The notes under the pieces: model-generated
The model's input: only the letters and a program-made list of their open reading frames with translations
What the model was told of the DNA's origin: nothing
Database searches by the model: none
Program-made: the position numbers and the translations under genes
In this document: positions 30,158 through 41,458 of the stretch, in pieces
Position numbering within the stretch: the stretch's first letter is position 1
Layout: each line of letters opens with the position of its first letter
Source of the DNA: a virus
Reading direction: 5' to 3' (one strand)
Virus record (IMG/VR): IMGVR_UViG_3300028822_000042
Location: 22,501-86,500 of that record
Length of the DNA stretch: 64,000 nucleotides

Positions 30158-31107
30158 TGGGAAATGGCGTTGAATTACTTGGTTTTTTATTTAATGTAAC
30201 CACTCCTACTCAGGCGAGCGGCAAACCTGAAAAGAAATCAATAGTAAATTCCTTTGATCTTGCTGCAGATCTTGTTTCTTTAGATAGGATTGAAGGAGAA
30301 ACAAATGCTGATTTTAAGCAAAGGATAATGGATGCTTCTGTTAATCCCGGAGCACCAATATATGATGGGTTTGTAAATAACCTGACAAGAGAGCTTGGTT
30401 TTTCAAAAGACAGAGCAATTCTTATTGAGCTTAAACAGAATAGTGCTGGTGATGTTATAGCTAGGAATCCTCGTGTGGATGTTTTGGCAAATAGAGTAGT
30501 CTTATATAGTGACTGGAGACCTGACGGAACAGCAGTTATCGATAAAACAATAAGAACATATAAGACTACAGATACAGGATATATGTTAGATGGTTTAGTT
30601 GCTGCAATAAATACTTCATCATGTTTTACTGCAAGTATGTATTCTGGTGTGCGTTCTAATTTACACTCTTCTAATCTTATTAGAGGCACAACAGATGTTT
30701 ATTCTCTTAGGTCGCCTATAGATTCTTCTAACTTTACAGAATTAGTAGGAGAACATATTGTAGAAGGCAGCTTAGTCTTTGAAGAAGAGGATATTTTCAA
30801 GACAGAAGTTGCAACAACACCTACTGCTGAAGGTGAATATAAAGTTGATTACGAGAATGGTAGGATATATCCATATAGCACGCCATCAGGTACGCTTGGT
30901 GTGACTTATCATTATGGATTGTTTCCATTTGTTGTATACTTTAGCCCTGTCCAATTCTTCTCTCTTCAAGATGAAGATTTTCTAGATGAACTTTTTCACC
31001 TAGAGACTTTAGATTCTGGAGAAGAACAAAGAGGTCTTCCTAATAAAGAAGGCTCAGAAATCTTTCATCAGTTGTTTGAAGAGACTAAAGTCTTTTGGGG
31101 TGAGTAA
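30157..31107 (+). CDS. Baseplate wedge protein (gpI-like N-terminus)
   Basis: 'FDLAADLVSLDRIEGETNADFKQRI' resembles the wedge R..GE.D..FR.RI motif. Confidence 0.6.
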   Translation: MGNGVELLGFLFNVTTPTQASGKPEKKSIVNSFDLAADLVSLDRIEGETNADFKQRIMDASVNPGAPIYDGFVNNLTRELGFSKDRAILIELKQNSAGDVIARNPRVDVLANRVVLYSDWRPDGTAVIDKTIRTYKTTDTGYMLDGLVAAINTSSCFTASMYSGVRSNLHSSNLIRGTTDVYSLRSPIDSSNFTELVGEHIVEGSLVFEEEDIFKTEVATTPTAEGEYKVDYENGRIYPYSTPSGTLGVTYHYGLFPFVVYFSPVQFFSLQDEDFLDELFHLETLDSGEEQRGLPNKEGSEIFHQLFEETKVFWGE

Positions 31108-33395
31108 TGGCATTAACAAGACCAACATTATACGTTCGGACAAGACAGACTGTAGTTAAAGAGCTTAGCACTAAACCATATGTTGGCTTTGAACATTTAA
31201 CAAGCCTTCCAGATGGCTGGGAGTACGACATCAAGAGATGGTGCAGTCCTTTTGATCTGAGACTGCCAAATATGCCAAGGCTCTTAAATCCTTCTTCTCA
31301 AGGAGTAAGTGAAGAAACTTATTTCACATCTGGTGTTGGCTCTGTGTCTCTTGGTGATCTAGAGATTGAAGATATAATAAATGTTACAGAAAATAATGTA
31401 AGATACTGGGTCCCATTAATTAGACATGGTTTGTATTTTAGAAACAAAACAGATTACTTCTTTTATAGTGATAATAGTGTAGTTCAGTATATCGATCCAT
31501 CTGACAATAGAGACAGTAGAAACTATATTGAGTTGGCAAAGACTCCTAAGCTCTCTACTCCTATATCAGTTGCTTCTTATAAAAGGAATCCTGATACTGA
31601 CTCTCCTAGTTACCATACTAGGTTAGAGCAGATGTATAAATTCACTGGCCTTTATTCTGAAGGTGAGGAATTAGAAACTGTTTCTGATGCTGGTAAGATA
31701 ACATGGTCTAATGTTGACACCACCAAGAGAGAATTTCTTATAGACAATACAATCGATGGTCTTACTCGTCTCTTTATGAACAAAGACTATGTGAAGACTA
31801 TCGGTGTTGATGTCTCGTCATATAAAGATGTGGCTGCTTGTGAGGTTCTTGGTACTTCTACTGGCGCACCATATCAATCGTTCTATCTAGACTATTTTCC
31901 AGTAATATATGACAGCTCATTTCATCTGTATGTCGCGACAGATTCCTCTTATGAAGAGTGGACTCCCGTAGATAGTTGGTGGGACCTGATAACTCAGACA
32001 TGGTCATATGATACTGGAAATAAATATTTTGTAGATAAGGATTTAGGAATTGTTTACTTGGGGGCCTCTGACAATGGTGGAGTCCCAGCTATAGGAAGAA
32101 CTATTGCTGTATCGTATAGAACTACTCTTAGAGTAGAGTATGAAGAAGATGATAAAGATTATGAGATACAGGCTATAGACGCCAACGTTAATCCAATAAC
32201 TCAGGGACTTAATCAAGGCTTTGTTTGTATTACTCATGAAGAAATTGAACCTGCAAATATTACTCTTGGTATAGACAAACGAAGAATACAAGGAACCTAT
32301 AATCCATCAGAATATGGTCCTATTTATGTTGGCTCTGATTATGCTGTTTTAAAATCCACTGTTACTAGCAGAAGCGGTTTGCCTGTTCCTAATGCATCAG
32401 TTGGTTTTGTTATGGAACCTAAAGATGTTGGTTATATTGGCGGGTCAACTACAGATTCTGCAGTTACCAATAGTACAGGTCATGCCTATTCAAACTTTCA
32501 GCCGCCAACATCAGCAGACACTTTAGGCTTCTATAGCACTACTGTCAGAGCGTCTACAAATCCATATTACCCCAACTGTAAAGATGTGATTATTAAACAA
32601 TCAGAGACAGGTCTCGAGGGTAAGGAGAATGAGATATATCTCTATCATATTCTTAAGGATGATGTAATTCTTGGATATGATTCAATAGATGACTTTTTGC
32701 TTTCTCTTTATAACGAGAAGACGCCTAGTTGGGTTAATGATTCTGCAGACTATGCTGTTTGGAAGCAGGAAATGATTCTTGAGTACGATCTTAAGGACTG
32801 GACTGAACCTGTAGAAGGTGAACCCATTGATGGTCGTAAGGTCGTTATTTACAAACAAGACTTTGATAATCCATATCCGTATCCAGATGATACAGCTATA
32901 AATCCTATCACGGGAGAGTATGGAGCTTTTGTTCCTCTGCGGCCGTATCTTGCAGAAAAAATAACTACTGCTGGTGATCCATATTATGGATTGTGGAGAC
33001 TTATCTATCCTGAGGATGCCATTCCTGATGTAGGAACCAACAATATTGGTGGCTACTGGGCAACATCAAGTAGAGTAGTTAAGTTCCAAGCACATTGCTG
33101 GAGTCCACACTATAATAGAATTATCTATAGTAATGAGATCTCTGCTAGAATTTCATTGCCTAGTTATTTGCTAGGTGAGTATCTCAACTCTCTTGGAGAG
33201 AAGATACCTTTTGGATGGAAGATAATTGGACTAGATAATGTTGCTGCAGGTTTGAATGGAGCCACCTTTATCACGATTAACCCACATACAGGACCATATG
33301 AAATTATCGATCTTGTCGGTGATACAGGTGGTACAGGTACATGGGTAGATGGTGCTCCAAATACACTGCATTTTCAATTTGAAGTTATAGAATAA
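31107..33395 (+). CDS. Baseplate/virion protein with an Ig-like (Big_1-type) segment
   Basis: 'LKSTVTSRSGLPVPNASVGF...AVTNSTGHA' is an invasin-type Ig motif. Confidence 0.6.
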   Translation: MALTRPTLYVRTRQTVVKELSTKPYVGFEHLTSLPDGWEYDIKRWCSPFDLRLPNMPRLLNPSSQGVSEETYFTSGVGSVSLGDLEIEDIINVTENNVRYWVPLIRHGLYFRNKTDYFFYSDNSVVQYIDPSDNRDSRNYIELAKTPKLSTPISVASYKRNPDTDSPSYHTRLEQMYKFTGLYSEGEELETVSDAGKITWSNVDTTKREFLIDNTIDGLTRLFMNKDYVKTIGVDVSSYKDVAACEVLGTSTGAPYQSFYLDYFPVIYDSSFHLYVATDSSYEEWTPVDSWWDLITQTWSYDTGNKYFVDKDLGIVYLGASDNGGVPAIGRTIAVSYRTTLRVEYEEDDKDYEIQAIDANVNPITQGLNQGFVCITHEEIEPANITLGIDKRRIQGTYNPSEYGPIYVGSDYAVLKSTVTSRSGLPVPNASVGFVMEPKDVGYIGGSTTDSAVTNSTGHAYSNFQPPTSADTLGFYSTTVRASTNPYYPNCKDVIIKQSETGLEGKENEIYLYHILKDDVILGYDSIDDFLLSLYNEKTPSWVNDSADYAVWKQEMILEYDLKDWTEPVEGEPIDGRKVVIYKQDFDNPYPYPDDTAINPITGEYGAFVPLRPYLAEKITTAGDPYYGLWRLIYPEDAIPDVGTNNIGGYWATSSRVVKFQAHCWSPHYNRIIYSNEISARISLPSYLLGEYLNSLGEKIPFGWKIIGLDNVAAGLNGATFITINPHTGPYEIIDLVGDTGGTGTWVDGAPNTLHFQFEVIE

Positions 33396-33409
33396 CTAGA
33401 GGTGATAAT

Positions 33410-36400
33410 ATGAGTAGAGACCAAATGGAAGATGTTTTTCCTATTGAATTTAATTTCAAACAAGGGGAGCAACCTACTGCAGCAAAGCTAAATGGTCTAG
33501 TTAAGTTTACAGATTCTGCTTTCTCTAGGGTAACTCAGGCTGTTGGCGATCCTTGGGATGCGGCAAACCCTCCTCATACTTCTGCACTAAGTCTTGAGAA
33601 ACTATCTCAAGCTAGTATAGCTCGCATTCTAGGACCTTCAGATTATGCTAGTCCTCTTGGAGGTTGCTGGAATGAACAGATGACAACAACTGTTGAAGTA
33701 ACTCTAGAGGAAAATAAAAACTCATGGACTCTTGGGTATCCTCTTGTAGAGGTCTCTACTCCCGTGACAGAGAAATCTACATCTGTATCTTCTTTTGTAA
33801 CTAAACTCTCTTGGGGTTCTGATATTGTCGTCACTACAGACCCTGATGGAGTGCTTTCTGATATAAAATCATCTATAGATGAAGTTGTAAGTGATGGAGA
33901 TTTCTATGTAGATTTTTATACTGGAACTATTACAGCATATAGTTCTTCTTCTAGTAGTATCATATTAACAATAAGTAATCTTCATATGCTTGGTGCAGGT
34001 GTGCCATGGGGTACACATAATGTAATTCCTAACTGGGAGGAAACTACCTTATGCAATCTTGCAGAGATTTCTAGCACTGCTACAACGACGACATATACAC
34101 TTACTTTACCCACAGTTAGTAGGTCTCCTAGATATGACTCTTCTCCTATTAAAATGGGAAAGAAGCCAGAAGAAGTAGATGATTATGATTCTTCATGGTC
34201 AGCAAATGTTCCTAATGTAAGTAGTAATTACAGATTGCCTAAAGCACTAATAGATGGTTATACATCTGATAGTGAAATCCCTGAAGGTTATATTCTTCTT
34301 TATTATGAAGACAATGAAAGAATAATCCCTAGTTCTCTAATTACATTTTATTACTTAAATGAGAATTCTCTTAATATTGTTACTTCTAAAGATTACTTGA
34401 CAGAAGGAAGTTCTTATAGACTGTTTACTTCAGGCACAAGTCTTGCCGAGGCAGTCAGTCATCTTCTTCAGGTTCAGCGAAACAATAACCATGTTGGCTT
34501 AACAGCAAATCCAACAATATCATACACTGTGCCTCTGTCTCATGGCTCTATGGATAACTTGTATACAGGTGATCTGGATGCTTCAGCTACAGATGTCCAT
34601 AGATTCAAGTTCACAAAGTCTAACTACGAAACGAACTGCCATCCTCAATACCTACATAGATACGGTTGGATGGAAAACGATAAACCAAGTGACGATTCTG
34701 AGAAGGGTAATAGTGGAAATGCCATGAGAGGGAATATAGTCTTCTCTGGCAACAATGATGATATGTATGTAGGAGTTTGGAATAAGTCTGGAAACTGGAC
34801 TTCTACGTATGGAATCATGTGGGGAGGTGGAGACCAAAACAGCGGATATGGCAATACAGAGCTTTCTTTTCAGGGCGGTGAGGATGTTGCAACATGGGTC
34901 CCTGGTGATCCTCCTCAAAGATTCCCCTTCGTATCGAGCCATACAGGAGGAAGTGATAGTGATAGATATGGTGCACTAACCTATCGTCCATGGTATGGAA
35001 CTCCTCTTTACCTCAGAGGTAGAAATCCTTCTGCTGTTGTTGATGGAGCTATGCTTGGGTTTGACCTTGCAAGGCAGGGTGAACTTAACTACATCAAACT
35101 GTTCCCTGGATACAGAAGCACATATGATCCAGTTCATCAATGTGCAAATACAGGTCAAACAGCAACTACTGCTCTCTACATAACACCAGGCCTTTCAGGT
35201 GCTTCATTTGAGCGTCTTGCTGCTGAACAGGTAAGAGAGTTTAGGTTCCGTGGCATTCCATATCTTAGCTCTGCTACTAATACTGACAACTCAATAGGTG
35301 ACGGTTTAGGATCATCAGAGTTTGAGCATAGCTTTGTCTCTCCAGGTATGGTCGGAGCAGACTTCTTTAATGTCTACTCTAATGCTATATTCTTCTCTGA
35401 TGATGGTGATGGTAGCAGAACTTCATTCACAGAGCATGGCAAGAACTGGCTAGATACAGGCACTGGTACCTATGTGCCTTCAGGGATTTACTATATCCCA
35501 AACAATGGAGGCACAGCAGCTAGATTCTCATTCGTCACTCAAGAGGATTCTACTACTGCCTCTGGCGATGATATGTTCCAGGTTGGCTCTGCACATGGTC
35601 TTAGATACTATGGTGAACGCCTAGACCTCATAACTAGAGATACTACGACATTTGCTGGCAACTCAGTAAATATTGATAGTTCGATTGCGACTCTAAGAAG
35701 CCCCTTGTTTAGTACTTGGTTTGGATATGAGAGCATTCTCATGGATGCCACAGAGGATAAGAATCTTGGCATCCTTAGCTATGATGGCAGAGTAGATATA
35801 TGGGCATGTAATAGTTATAGCTACACGACTAACCCTGGTAAGGGTAGACATATAAACATTAAGACAGCTAGTACACATGGGGACCAATATTCAGCTCTAC
35901 AAGATTGTGGGAACATAACATTACATGCTGGTTATGTCTTCGGGGCTACAGCTCCTAGTTCTACTGGAAGTAAACTCTACCTGAAGGCCTATAACGATGT
36001 AAACATAGAGAGTGAGTCTCAAGACGTAAACATCACTTCTACTCTTGGGGATATTAATATAGACGCACATGATAATGCGTATATCAATAGTACTGACTTC
36101 ACTAAGCTCACTACAGATGGCTCTTCTGGCAAGATAGAGATCAGTACAGACTCTTCTAATGCTACTTCCGAAAGTGGAGATATATCAATAGAGGCATCTG
36201 GAAATCAAGGTAGAATCTATCTAAGCAGTGCAGATTATCATAATATAGATGTTTCATCTAACTATGCTCTTACAATGAGAGCATATCAATATATAGCATT
36301 AGGCACCAATATGAGTGAGAATCATGTTACTAATGCTAGCAACTTTGACGATAACACTATAACTTTATCAAGTAGAATTAATAAAACTAATACAGGAGCT

Positions 36401-36916
36401 ACTGGTAAGATACTATTAGATTCTATAAATGATGTTCATTTGTATGCTCTTGATGATGTTCTTATTGATGCAACTGATCGTTTCTATGTAACTGCTGGTG
36501 GAGATTGTACTTTTGAAGTTACAGGAAATATAGATTTAGATGCTGATGGCAAGTATTACATGAATGAACCTACAGCTGGTGCTGGAACAGGTGGCCTGAG
36601 ATTAGATACAAATACGAGAGAGATTAAGTATCAAGTATCTTCTTTGAGATACAAAGAAAATATTAAAGATATACCAGATACATCATGGATATATGATGTC
36701 AGGCCTGTTGCTTTTAACTATATCAAAGAGGATAGAACTTGTTATGGCCTTATTGCAGAAGAGACTATTAAGTTCAATACAGATGTTGTTTGCGTTGATA
36801 AACATAATAGGCCAGAGTCAGTAATGTATGAATCTGTATTTAGTGCTTTAATTAAAGCAGTACAAGATCAGAAGAAAGAGATCGATGCTTTAAAAGCTCA
36901 GCTTATTGGAAAGTAG
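33410..36916 (+). CDS. Tail fibre/spike with C-terminal Peptidase S74 intramolecular chaperone
   Basis: C-terminal 'SSLRYKENIKDI...RPVAFNY...YGLIAEE...LIKAVQDQKKEIDALK', preceded by beta-helix-like repeats. Confidence 0.82.
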   Translation: MSRDQMEDVFPIEFNFKQGEQPTAAKLNGLVKFTDSAFSRVTQAVGDPWDAANPPHTSALSLEKLSQASIARILGPSDYASPLGGCWNEQMTTTVEVTLEENKNSWTLGYPLVEVSTPVTEKSTSVSSFVTKLSWGSDIVVTTDPDGVLSDIKSSIDEVVSDGDFYVDFYTGTITAYSSSSSSIILTISNLHMLGAGVPWGTHNVIPNWEETTLCNLAEISSTATTTTYTLTLPTVSRSPRYDSSPIKMGKKPEEVDDYDSSWSANVPNVSSNYRLPKALIDGYTSDSEIPEGYILLYYEDNERIIPSSLITFYYLNENSLNIVTSKDYLTEGSSYRLFTSGTSLAEAVSHLLQVQRNNNHVGLTANPTISYTVPLSHGSMDNLYTGDLDASATDVHRFKFTKSNYETNCHPQYLHRYGWMENDKPSDDSEKGNSGNAMRGNIVFSGNNDDMYVGVWNKSGNWTSTYGIMWGGGDQNSGYGNTELSFQGGEDVATWVPGDPPQRFPFVSSHTGGSDSDRYGALTYRPWYGTPLYLRGRNPSAVVDGAMLGFDLARQGELNYIKLFPGYRSTYDPVHQCANTGQTATTALYITPGLSGASFERLAAEQVREFRFRGIPYLSSATNTDNSIGDGLGSSEFEHSFVSPGMVGADFFNVYSNAIFFSDDGDGSRTSFTEHGKNWLDTGTGTYVPSGIYYIPNNGGTAARFSFVTQEDSTTASGDDMFQVGSAHGLRYYGERLDLITRDTTTFAGNSVNIDSSIATLRSPLFSTWFGYESILMDATEDKNLGILSYDGRVDIWACNSYSYTTNPGKGRHINIKTASTHGDQYSALQDCGNITLHAGYVFGATAPSSTGSKLYLKAYNDVNIESESQDVNITSTLGDINIDAHDNAYINSTDFTKLTTDGSSGKIEISTDSSNATSESGDISIEASGNQGRIYLSSADYHNIDVSSNYALTMRAYQYIALGTNMSENHVTNASNFDDNTITLSSRINKTNTGATGKILLDSINDVHLYALDDVLIDATDRFYVTAGGDCTFEVTGNIDLDADGKYYMNEPTAGAGTGGLRLDTNTREIKYQVSSLRYKENIKDIPDTSWIYDVRPVAFNYIKEDRTCYGLIAEETIKFNTDVVCVDKHNRPESVMYESVFSALIKAVQDQKKEIDALKAQLIGK

Positions 36917-36919
36917 ATA

Positions 36920-39502
36920 ATGACTACCTCTATATTAAATTTTCAGTTTAGACTTACTGGAGTAGAAGGAGATCCTTTTAATACAAGGACTCGTCAAAAC
37001 GTAAAGAAGTCTATTGGTAAAATCCTATATCTTGAGGAGCCACCTACTAGCGCAGTTAAACTTGCATATGTTGGCTCGCGGGAAATAACACCAACAGCTA
37101 ATATTTTCATTGCTGACAGAAGTGATGTTCTTTATTCTAATTCTAAGACCAGCACTTCTTCAGAGTTTTATGTAGAGAGCACTGCCGCAGAGGTGGTAAG
37201 TGCGAATTTCATTGTTACTGCCGAGTTTAATGAAGCAGATTCAGGCAATATTCCCCTCTATTACAAGCATGAAATAACAAAACATGCTATTCCTGATACG
37301 CTGAAAGTATTTGACCAGAACTTCAATGAAGTTAGTAGTGACAAATACAAGTTAAGATATAATTATAGTTATGATGAGGATACCGGAGAGATAGAGACTA
37401 GTGGTGGCAGTGCTGTAGTAAATAGCTTTTATCTATTTAATTCTTTGGAGAGTTCATTTGATGTTGATACTGGAGATTATAAAGTATATTTCATCCAGTA
37501 TGTTGATGGCTCTACATCTCCTGATACAGTAGTTACTGAGCTTCTCAATAATGAAAATGCATATCTTCCTGCAACATCTGACGACTTTTGGCATGTTACA
37601 TCTTCTTTAAAATATTGGAAAAGAGCATATAGTCTTAGTTCTGATCTTGTTCTGACAATGCCTCAGTCTCCTTGTTCTGTAAAATACATCGAGACAAACA
37701 GAATGAGTCTGCACTTGCCAACAGACTATGATGACGAGAGTCCATGGTTTCCGAGAATAGCTAATGGTAACTTTGTGCATTCTGCTTATGGCAATCTGTA
37801 CAAATATAATATTCCTGAATTTGAAAATCAGGCATTTAATCCTATTGAGCCATACAAATTAGCTGTTAAAGAAAAATGCCAGAAAGTTTCTGATAGGTTA
37901 ATAAAGCTTCCACATAATGAGATCGTCTATGGCTCTTTTACATCATATGTAAATCTTCTGTTTGAGCTTGATGGTACAATCAAGTATGCCATCACAAATG
38001 ATTCTTCAAAAGATGGAGATGAAGTATATGACTTTGACGGTAACAAAGTTCCTGTATCAAATGGAGGCTTTCTTACTTGGTCATATAATAATTTTCTTGG
38101 CATAGATAGACTGTCTGGGATGGTACATGTTAGTTTTGATGTTAAAGATGCTTATGACATCTATGCTACATATCCGTACTATGAGAGGTTCTATAGCTTA
38201 ACAAGTCTTACTATGAATCCTGTCTTCGATAGCGAGGCTCATAAAGAATTGCGTGTTGTTTATGTTGTTCCGGCTGCAATGCCAAATAACAACAATACAA
38301 TTCAGACAGAATCTATCAAATGGCTCAAAGTGTCTTCTGCTGGCAGAATTACATCTTGCAATCAAGACGATACTGGCTACAACGAGAATATAAACTTTGA
38401 TGCTAAGATTCATGATTCAGATGGGTACTATATCGATGGCGTTCTGGGTTTACATTACAAGTGGGAAGCATCCACAACAGCAAATGCTCAGTTTCCTTCT
38501 TCAGAAGTAGAAATTCTACCTGGCAATCAGTTTACTGTAAATTCTACATCTGGATTTCCAAGATCAGGTTGGCTTAGAGCATTAGATACTTCTGGTAAAT
38601 ATAGATATTTTAAATACTTATCAAAAACAGATACTGTATTTAATTTGTCTAGCTCTTCTAACGAAGTACCTTCTAATGGCAGTATAGACATTTCAGATGG
38701 AGAGACAGTAGAGTTAGTTAACTTTGTCGATGAAAGAACTGTTCTTACTTCTAGAGATAAGAGCATAGAAGATTCTGCATGGGGACCTGGTACTGATCCT
38801 TGGGGTAACTTTGAAATCTATCCTAGGATTTACTCTAGATATTTTGTCTTAGGAGAGCTGTCTATCAATCCTCCGCATAGTATAAACACTTTAACTGTTG
38901 TTGATGTGCGTGAAGATGGAGGTGGAGTAGATGAGGACAAATATGATGAAGCAAAAGCTCTAAATCCTGAGATACAATGGTACAACGACTACGAGAAGTT
39001 TGATGGTCAAGTCTATCCTGGTTCTTCAATTGCAGTAGTAAAACTACCTGTGTCTATATTGGAATCATTTACTTTAGACAACCTGAGGAAGATTATAGAA
39101 GAAAACATTCCGTCTGGTGTCTATCCTCTTATTAGATTTTATGGATATGAGCCTAGAGTTGTCAGTATTACTCCTGGCACTGCTTCTGTTACTATTGAGT
39201 GGGCTAAAGAAGGACCTGAATTTACTTATCAGGTATGGTATGCTCGCAAAGAGAATGGAAGATTTGAAAAAGCACACAAGACAAGACTTGTTGACGGCAC
39301 TGACACATATAACTCATTCCAGATATGTGAGACTACAGGTACAGCTCCTGTTGTCGTTAAAGTAACCATGCAAGACAAATACTACCAGTGGTGGCATAGT
39401 TATAGTAGTTATAATAGCATTGAAGGAGGTCTCGGACTTGACGAGACTGCTCCTCTTCCGCCATTTGGTAATGTGGCTAACTTCCAATTTGAAGTAGTAT
39501 AA
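36920..39502 (+). CDS. Virion/baseplate structural protein with an FN3-like C-terminus
   Basis: 860 aa; 'VDVREDGGG' motif and C-terminal 'SVTIEW...YQVWY'. Confidence 0.55.
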   Translation: MTTSILNFQFRLTGVEGDPFNTRTRQNVKKSIGKILYLEEPPTSAVKLAYVGSREITPTANIFIADRSDVLYSNSKTSTSSEFYVESTAAEVVSANFIVTAEFNEADSGNIPLYYKHEITKHAIPDTLKVFDQNFNEVSSDKYKLRYNYSYDEDTGEIETSGGSAVVNSFYLFNSLESSFDVDTGDYKVYFIQYVDGSTSPDTVVTELLNNENAYLPATSDDFWHVTSSLKYWKRAYSLSSDLVLTMPQSPCSVKYIETNRMSLHLPTDYDDESPWFPRIANGNFVHSAYGNLYKYNIPEFENQAFNPIEPYKLAVKEKCQKVSDRLIKLPHNEIVYGSFTSYVNLLFELDGTIKYAITNDSSKDGDEVYDFDGNKVPVSNGGFLTWSYNNFLGIDRLSGMVHVSFDVKDAYDIYATYPYYERFYSLTSLTMNPVFDSEAHKELRVVYVVPAAMPNNNNTIQTESIKWLKVSSAGRITSCNQDDTGYNENINFDAKIHDSDGYYIDGVLGLHYKWEASTTANAQFPSSEVEILPGNQFTVNSTSGFPRSGWLRALDTSGKYRYFKYLSKTDTVFNLSSSSNEVPSNGSIDISDGETVELVNFVDERTVLTSRDKSIEDSAWGPGTDPWGNFEIYPRIYSRYFVLGELSINPPHSINTLTVVDVREDGGGVDEDKYDEAKALNPEIQWYNDYEKFDGQVYPGSSIAVVKLPVSILESFTLDNLRKIIEENIPSGVYPLIRFYGYEPRVVSITPGTASVTIEWAKEGPEFTYQVWYARKENGRFEKAHKTRLVDGTDTYNSFQICETTGTAPVVVKVTMQDKYYQWWHSYSSYNSIEGGLGLDETAPLPPFGNVANFQFEVV

Positions 39503-39512
39503 GGAGATTGCA

Positions 39513-39998
39513 ATGAGTGTTAATATAACCCTATCTGATGCTTCTGGTGGCAATCAGTTGGCAGATGTAAATGACATGGGAAGTGTATCAACAGATTCTG
39601 AGACGGATGCTCAGGATATTTATATTTCTCATGATGCAGTGGTGAATCCTATTACTGATTGTGCAATGTACATTACCAGATATGCTGGTAGTGGCTATTC
39701 TGGTACAGATGCAGATGCAGATTTTACAGAGATTATGGGATGGGGAGATGCAGGTAATGGTGGAGTCTTGATGAAGATGAACACAACCTGGTATCGCTTT
39801 AAGAATGCATTTGGAGATGTTGACAACCAAATAACCTTAGATAAAAATACTCTTGTTATTGGGTCTTCATCTAATGATGGAGAGATACCTGTTGGTGGAG
39901 AAGCCTACATTCAAGTAAAAGTAGAAACTCCACCTACTGTTGGCTCTGCGGGCTATAAAGGATTTTCCTTTGTGTTTGCGTACTCATCAACATCATAG
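39513..39998 (+). CDS. Hypothetical virion protein
   Basis: 161 aa, AAGGAG RBS, beta-rich. Confidence 0.65.
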   Translation: MSVNITLSDASGGNQLADVNDMGSVSTDSETDAQDIYISHDAVVNPITDCAMYITRYAGSGYSGTDADADFTEIMGWGDAGNGGVLMKMNTTWYRFKNAFGDVDNQITLDKNTLVIGSSSNDGEIPVGGEAYIQVKVETPPTVGSAGYKGFSFVFAYSSTS

Positions 39999-40157
39999 GA
40001 GGCAGTATGGAAAGTAAAAATGGATCTCCAGGAACTCTCCCCTCTTCTGAATACTCAGCTCAGCCTTTATCATCATAGTTGCACTGTAGTGCTATTTGTG
40101 AGATATTCATTTCTGGTTACATCGGCGTATATGCCAACCTAAATATAGGAGAATGAA

Positions 40158-40652
40158 ATGAAAACAAAGAGAGAAAATGTGATTAGTGTTTTTGGCGTCA
40201 TGAATGTTCTGTCTGAAGAGAAGACAACAGCTAAGGGAGCATATGCTATTGCCAAAAACAAGAAGATCGCAGAGGGAGAAGTAAAAGCAATTGAGGAAGC
40301 TCAAAAGAATGTTATTATTCCTGACAAGTTTAAAGAGTACGATGAGAAACGCATCAAGCTCTGTGAAGAACTTGCTGACAAGGATAAAGATGGTAACCCT
40401 GTTAAGATAAATAACGGACAGCAGTTTGCTATCTCTCCTGAGAGTCAAGAAGTCTTCAATGAAAAACTTCAAAGCCTTAGAGAAGAATACAAAGAGGCTA
40501 TTGAAGAGAAGGATAAGGTCGAGAAAGACTTTCTTGACCTCTTGGCTGAAGAAGTAGAAGTTGATTTTCATAAAGTCAAAATAGATGACTTGCCAGATAA
40601 TGTTACAGCAAGTCAGATAGAAGCTCTAGATGAAATTATCATAATGAGCTAG
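40158..40652 (+). CDS. Hypothetical charged helical protein (DUF1617-like, often near fibre genes)
   Basis: 'KGAYAIAKNKK...E...IEE' pattern; AGGAG RBS. Confidence 0.55.
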   Translation: MKTKRENVISVFGVMNVLSEEKTTAKGAYAIAKNKKIAEGEVKAIEEAQKNVIIPDKFKEYDEKRIKLCEELADKDKDGNPVKINNGQQFAISPESQEVFNEKLQSLREEYKEAIEEKDKVEKDFLDLLAEEVEVDFHKVKIDDLPDNVTASQIEALDEIIIMS

Positions 40653-40662
40653 GAGTCTTTTA

Positions 40663-40974
40663 ATGGCACTCGAAGTTACAAGGATATATAAGAATGCTTC
40701 TACTGAAACTCTAAGGGTAGATAGTGTTTATATGGATCCAACTAGCAATACCATTGCTACTGGTACAGCCAGAAGGACATATTATAGAAGATTGAATACT
40801 TCATATTTGTATGGTCCTGCAAGTAGGGTTGTTGACTCTATTGAGGTAATAACAACTGCTGATAGTGCAGAGTCTTCTTCTGGTGATATCACTTGGGTCG
40901 AGTGGACTGCACCTGCATCTGGGGTTATAAGATGTGATATGTCAGACTTGCCTGCTGTAGGAGACACAGTGTAG
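40663..40974 (+). CDS. Hypothetical protein
   Basis: 103 aa, AGGAG RBS. Confidence 0.65.
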   Translation: MALEVTRIYKNASTETLRVDSVYMDPTSNTIATGTARRTYYRRLNTSYLYGPASRVVDSIEVITTADSAESSSGDITWVEWTAPASGVIRCDMSDLPAVGDTV

Positions 40975-40984
40975 TTCACATATC

Positions 40985-41458
40985 ATGGGAGCCTGGTTTA
41001 AAATATTCACAGATGGCTCTCGTGAATCTGGCACAGATGGTCAGATAGAGAGTGGTAAGGCATCTTGGTCTCGTGGCCGTCTAGACTCAATAGACTATGT
41101 CATTCTTATAAATGATGTAAGTTCTGCTATCCTCAAGGCTCCTGACACTGAGTGGCATCAATTTGACAGATTAATTGTTGGCCTTGGTGGTCAAGGGCAA
41201 GTAACTCCAACTAGAGTTGCTCGTGTTGTACAGGCTAAAATCTTACCCCATCATGTAGGCATGTCAGTAGTAAGACATGCAGATACTTCTCATTTTGACT
41301 TTTATGAGCTTTATCATTCTAATGAAGGTTTTCTAATTACAAAGAATTATCTTGGTAAATGGATTACAATTGTAGTTAGAAAGAATTCAGTATCTATCAA
41401 TATCTCAGACAAGGGAAAGATGCCTGATGACGACAAAATTCTTGAACAGCATTCTTAG
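40985..41458 (+). CDS. Hypothetical protein
   Basis: 157-aa ORF filling the gap in the operon. Confidence 0.6.
   Translation: MGAWFKIFTDGSRESGTDGQIESGKASWSRGRLDSIDYVILINDVSSAILKAPDTEWHQFDRLIVGLGGQGQVTPTRVARVVQAKILPHHVGMSVVRHADTSHFDFYELYHSNEGFLITKNYLGKWITIVVRKNSVSINISDKGKMPDDDKILEQHS

Noticed and set aside
1-37000. Bacterial contractile injection system or tailocin rather than a phage
   Set aside because: A major capsid gene and neck genes are present, and the scale and organisation match a jumbo myophage.
40007-40156. Stop-codon reassignment (TAG read-through would give a 49-aa ORF here)
   Set aside because: Long genes are intact in code 11, and TAG ends many genes right before the next RBS or start (e.g. 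10967, 19549, 36916, 53154), so there is no sign of recoding.
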